A stretch of DNA of 64,000 bases from an uncultured Bacteroidota bacterium. Its GTDB lineage: Bacteria > Bacteroidota > Ignavibacteria > Ignavibacteriales > Ignavibacteriaceae. Shown piece after piece: positions 59,726-64,000 of the stretch. Both the position numbers and the translations under genes were made by a program. The notes beneath the pieces are model-generated. The model saw only the letters and a program-made list of their open reading frames with translations, ran no database searches and had not been told where the DNA came from. Position 1 is the first letter of the stretch; each line of letters opens with the position of its first letter. The DNA lies in assembly GCA_963777515.1 (NCBI GenBank), contig CAVZQU010000007.1, positions 736,763 through 800,762 on the forward strand. Direction: 5' to 3'.

Positions 59726-60035
59726 TTTCACTTTCGATAAAAACGAAAAAAAACTTTTATCTACTTTTTGTAAACAAACCTTAAAACAAGTTCAAGGGGA
59801 TAATAAATTTTTTAGCGAAGAAAGGGCATTCAATTCTATTTTAACAAAACTTGGTGGTAATGAAGAAACCATTAAATTCACAAAAGAAGAAAGAACAAAG
59901 TTAAAATTCCAGCTTGAAAGAAATGTAGAGTTCATAGGAAAAGAAATGAAGAAAAGTTGGTTTATAAAAAAATGGCTTTACCGATCAATGTTAAAGCAAT
60001 ATGAAAATATTCTTGAAAATCATTTTAAGGGGTAG
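59700..60035 (+). CDS. hypothetical 111-aa basic protein
   Basis: ORF overlaps the end of add and is followed 2 nt later by hutU. No family recognised. Confidence 0.45.
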   Translation: MKKLFTNYNFTFDKNEKKLLSTFCKQTLKQVQGDNKFFSEERAFNSILTKLGGNEETIKFTKEERTKLKFQLERNVEFIGKEMKKSWFIKKWLYRSMLKQYENILENHFKG

Positions 60036-60037
60036 TT

Positions 60038-61727
60038 ATGATATCTGAAAAAGAAAAAGTTGAAATAAAAGCACCAAGAGGCTCAAAACTAACATGCAAA
60101 GGATGGCTGCAAGAAGCAGCTATGCGAATGCTGATGAACAATCTTGATCCTGATGTTGCAGAACGCCCTGAAGATTTAATTATATACGGAGGCAGTGGCA
60201 AAGCTGCAAGAAACTGGGAAGCCTATCAAGCAATAATTAATTCTTTGAAAAACCTGGAAGATGATGAAACACTTATAGTACAATCAGGTAAACCTGTGGG
60301 AATATTTAGAACTCATTTAAATGCACCTCGCGTAATTATCTCAAATGCAATGCTTGTTCCCGATTGGGCTACATGGGATGAATTCAGAAGGCTTGAAGGT
60401 CTTGGTTTAACAATGTTTGGCCAGATGACTGCCGGAAGCTGGATTTACATTGGCACCCAAGGAATTCTACAAGGCACTTACGAAACATTTGCCGAATGTG
60501 CAAGAAAATATTTTTCAACTGATGCTGCCAAAACAAATGGTTCACTAAAAGGAAAATTTCTTTTGACTGCCGGACTCGGCGGAATGGGTGGAGCTCAGCC
60601 ATTAGCTGCTACTATGAATGGAGCTGCTTTTTTAGGAATTGATGTTGATGAAGAAAGGATTCAAAAAAGATTAAAAACTGGTTACATTGATAAAATTTCT
60701 TATAATCTTGATGAGGCATTAAACATAGTTTTAAAAGCTAAAGAAAAAGGCGAAGCAATCTCGGTTGGATTAGTTGGAAATGCCGGTGAAGTTTTGCCAA
60801 GAGATTCTTCAGAAAAATATTATTCCTGATGTTCTCACTGATCAAACTTCTGCGCATGATACTTTAAACGGATATGTCCCGATGGGTATGAGTTTAGAAG
60901 AAGCTTTTAAGCTTAGGGAAGCTTCACCAAAAGAATATATAAAAAAATCCCAGGCAACTATTGTAAAGCATGTTCAAGCTATGTTGGAGTTACAGAAAAG
61001 AGGAGCAATTACTTTTGATTATGGAAATAATATCCGTGGTGAAGCAAAAGAAAATGGAGTTGAAAATGCTTTTGATATCCCAGGATTTGTTCCTGAATTT
61101 ATAAGGCCGCTTTTCTGTGATGGCAAGGGGCCTTTTAGATGGGCTGCTTTATCCGGAGATCCAAATGATATTTATGAAACCGATAAAGCAATTAAAGAAA
61201 CTTTCCCTGAAAACAAAGCACTTTGCAACTGGATTGATCTGGCTCAGAAAAAAGTTCACTTCCAGGGTTTACCTGCACGGATTTGCTGGCTTGGCTACGG
61301 CGAACGTGCGAAGATGGGAAAAATATTTAACGATTTAGTTGCCGAAGGAAAAGTTTCTGCGCCAATTGTTATTGGAAGAGATCATCTTGATTGCGGTTCT
61401 GTTGCTTCTCCAAACCGTGAAACTGAGGGAATGAAAGACGGAAGCGATGCAATTGCCGACTGGCCTATTTTAAATGTATTATTAAATGCTATTGGGGGTG
61501 CAAGCTGGGTTTCTGTTCATCATGGCGGCGGGGTTGGAATCGGAAAATCAATTCATGCCGGAATGGTTATAGTTGCTGACGGAACCAAAGAAGCTGAAAA
61601 AAGACTTGAAAGAGTTTTAACTTATGACCCGGGAACAGGAATTATGCGCCATGCAGATGCCGGCTATGAAAGAGCAATTGAAAACTCAAAATTGTTTAAT
61701 ATAAAAATTCCGATGCTGAAAAAATAA
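60038..61727 (+). pseudogene. hutU: urocanate hydratase, one frameshift at about 60799
   Basis: ORFs 60038..60829 and 60774..61727. Motifs [37 protein letters not shown] and TDQTSAHD. Removing one A at 60799-60800 gives [28 protein letters not shown]. Confidence 0.9.
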
Positions 61728-61825
61728 TTTTTGTAACATATTAACCAAAAGTTAATTATGTATCTTGATTTAATTATTAAATAAAAGAATATATTTCAAT
61801 CAATTAAAATTAGATAGGGGTTCTT

Positions 61826-63024
61826 ATGAAAGTATTAGTAGCAGATAAATTTCCTGAGCAATATATTGAAGAGTTTAAGAAACTTAAGTTAGAAGTAACA
61901 AACTCACCTAAACTGGGCGAGAATGACCTTCCCGATGCCGCAAAGGACGCAGATATTTTAATAGTTCGTTCTACAGTTGTAAACGAAACATGCATTAAAA
62001 ATTCTAAAAAGCTTAGCTTGATTATTCGTGCCGGTGCAGGTGTCAACAACATAAATCTTAAAGCTGCAAACGATAAAGGAATATTTGTAGCAAATTGCCC
62101 TGGCAAAAACAGCATTGCAGTTGCGGAACTTGCAATGGGTTTAATTTGTTCAATTGACAGAAAAATTCCTGAAAACGTAATTGATTTCAAAAATGGTAAA
62201 TGGAATAAAGCTGCTTACTCAAAAGCTGATGGATTATTTGGGAAAACAATTGGGGTTGTTGGTGTTGGACAAATCGGGACAGAACTTATCTACCGTGCAC
62301 AAGCATTTGGACTAAATGTTATTGCCTGGTCACGTTCATTAACAGATGAAAAAGCTGAAAGCCTTGGAATTGAAAGAGCAGCTACTTTGGATGAATTATT
62401 TTCTAAAGTCGATATAGTTTCAGTTCATCTTGCACAAAATGCTGACACAAAAAAAATTATTACCAAAGAATTAATTTCCAAGTTAAAAAAAGGTGCATAC
62501 TTTATTAATACGGCCCGTGCCGGTGTTGTAGATGAAGAAGCATTAATTTCTGCAGCAAAAGAAGGTAAAGTATTTTTAGGACTTGATGTTTTTGGCGGCG
62601 AACCTGAAGGTAAAGAGGGAGAATTTAAAAGTGACTTATCAAATATTCCTAACGTTTACGTAACCCATCATATTGGCGCTTCAACAGAGCAGTCCCAGAA
62701 CGCTGTTGCACAGGAAACTGTAAATGTTGTCGCTGATTATATAAATCTTGGTAGTGTCCGAAATTGGGTTAATAGATGCAAACAGACTGCCGCTAAATTT
62801 CAAATCGTGGTTAGGCATTATGATAAGCCAGGAGTGTTGCAAGAGTGTTGCATCTACTCAGTGTAGAAAGAATAAATGCACAGGAAATGCAAAATGTAAT
62901 TTTTGATGATGAAAAAACTGCTTGCTGCACAATCAAGCTTGACTCAAAACCATCTGATAAAATATTAAAAGAAATGCCTGAAAAGGAAGATGAAATAATT
63001 AATGTTTCACTGGTTGAGCTTTAA
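61826..63024 (+). pseudogene. serA: D-3-phosphoglycerate dehydrogenase-like 2-hydroxyacid dehydrogenase with C-terminal ACT-like domain, one frameshift at about 62839
   Basis: ORF 61826..62866 (GVVGVGQIGTE, THHIGAST). The C-terminus continues in another frame (ARVLHLLSVERINAQEMQNVIFDDEKTACCTIKLD...VSLVEL) to the stop at 63022-63024. One G appears to be missing in TTG(G)CA. Confidence 0.7.
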
Positions 63025-63103
63025 TACACTTAATGTCTTTAGTGTCTTGTGTTAAAAAACATTTTACCACTAAGACACTTAGGACACAAAGCCTCACTAA
63101 GTT

Positions 63104-63862
63104 TTACTTCAAAAACTTAATTTCAATCATATCATCTATTACACCATGATAAAAAGGAAGCTGAAGCAAACTCTGGATACCCTCAATATCTTGCTCTTCT
63201 ATAAGTACTGTCATCGAAGAAAGATTTGAGAGTATATAATCTTTAGTTTCTGCAGCGAAATTTTCTAAGGCTTCTATTTTTCCAAAAGTATCATAAATAT
63301 TTTGTGTTGATGAGACTAATTCTGCTTCAACTCGTCTTAGTTTTTCTTCAGAACTCGAAACTAAAATATAATTTACAAAAGGAAGAGTAAGTAAATCTAC
63401 AATTTCTTCAGCAAAGCTGATTCCACTTTTATAAGATTCACTTTCAAAATTTTTATCCCCAATTACAATTAAATTTTTATTTGCGTCTCTGAAGTTATCA
63501 GCAATTAATTTTATCTTCACTTCGGAATTATACATTTCCTTAAATAAAATTTTCCCGATGATAACTTCAATCGAAGATACATCCCCAAACAAGTTTAATT
63601 CATTTACAATATTTTCTTTCTGCTTAAAATAAATATAGTTGTTGCAAAGTGCGCCTTCGAATGAAATTCCAAATTTGTTTGACACAAACAATTCTTTATG
63701 ATTGATTAAATCTGTTGTAGGTACTAATCCTACATTTTCATTATTATTAACAATTTCTTTTGCCAGCAGCGAGGATGAAGAAAATTTAATTTCTTTTTTC
63801 AGTTGTTCAGGCAAATTTAAAACTATCGCTTGAGTAAAAATATTGTTTGGAAAATATATCAT
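63104..63862 (-). CDS. hypothetical protein, weak resemblance to MqnA/periplasmic-binding-fold proteins
   Basis: 252-aa intact ORF. The resemblance rests only on overall pattern (VGLVPTTDLINHKELFV...). Confidence 0.3.
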   Translation of the reverse strand: MIYFPNNIFTQAIVLNLPEQLKKEIKFSSSSLLAKEIVNNNENVGLVPTTDLINHKELFVSNKFGISFEGALCNNYIYFKQKENIVNELNLFGDVSSIEVIIGKILFKEMYNSEVKIKLIADNFRDANKNLIVIGDKNFESESYKSGISFAEEIVDLLTLPFVNYILVSSSEEKLRRVEAELVSSTQNIYDTFGKIEALENFAAETKDYILSNLSSMTVLIEEQDIEGIQSLLQLPFYHGVIDDMIEIKFLK

Positions 63863-64000
63863 CTTAATTTTAATTTTTATTTACATTTAAACTATCAAAG
63901 AATGAATTAAAATAAAAAATTAAAATTAGATGCACTTTATTCTATTGCATATCAGTTATTTTATTCTTGTGTAATGTATTCTCCATCTCAATTCCCAGGT

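Noticed and set aside
4732-62190. The many 60-126-aa ORFs antisense to long genes (e.g. 4732..4956, 9511..9726, 14619..14840, 33207..33404, 42721..43059, 59054..59541, 61810..62190)
   Set aside because: Each lies wholly inside a longer ORF with clear family motifs on the opposite strand or in another frame. They lack RBSs and have low-complexity or mirror-codon composition, so I treat them as spurious.

Overview
AT-rich bacterial window, roughly one third G+C by eye, with about 55 genes, about 80% of them on the minus strand. T9SS C-terminal sorting domains (NYPNPFNPST...), a PorV-like barrel, many multiheme cytochromes and a tmRNA tag ending YALAA point to an FCB-superphylum organism, Ignavibacteria-like; this lineage call is inference only.

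Layout:
(1) 1-5.3 kb: respiratory module with two multiheme c-type cytochrome genes, a TM-anchored 2x[4Fe-4S] flavoprotein, a TPR protein and a His-rich membrane protein.
(2) 5.3-8.1 kb: housekeeping genes, including dapF.
(3) 8.2-12.3 kb: the only plus-strand island in the first half. It holds a NarL/LuxR-type two-component pair and four small or unknown proteins. All are preceded by a 21-nt box present in 4 copies. A structured non-coding region lies alongside.
(4) 12.4-43.8 kb: a 31-kb co-directional glycan (probably beta-mannoside) utilisation locus. In transcription order it runs LacI plus palindromic operator, then a dehydrogenase, then a CBM-like T9SS surface protein with a 1092-bp internal tandem duplication. 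Next come a TonB-dependent receptor, a 1080-aa protein, a PorV-like barrel and a SurA-like protein. These are followed by a sugar ABC importer, GH130, GH2 beta-mannosidase, an aldo-keto reductase and a large LamG/PKD T9SS protein. The locus ends with a GT4 / six-hairpin / GH130-like trio and a secreted six-hairpin hydrolase.
(5) 44.1-44.4 kb: tmRNA.
(6) 44.5-64 kb: housekeeping genes (YgfZ, M20 dipeptidase, two LptF/G-family permeases, add, hutU, serA-like) plus an outer-membrane barrel/T9SS operon.

Caveat: at least 14 genes are broken by about 28 frameshifts, and most of those I resolved by eye sit in A/T homopolymers. This looks like assembly indel error or real decay, and it limits all product calls.

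No rRNA, tRNA, CRISPR array, transposase or integrase was seen.
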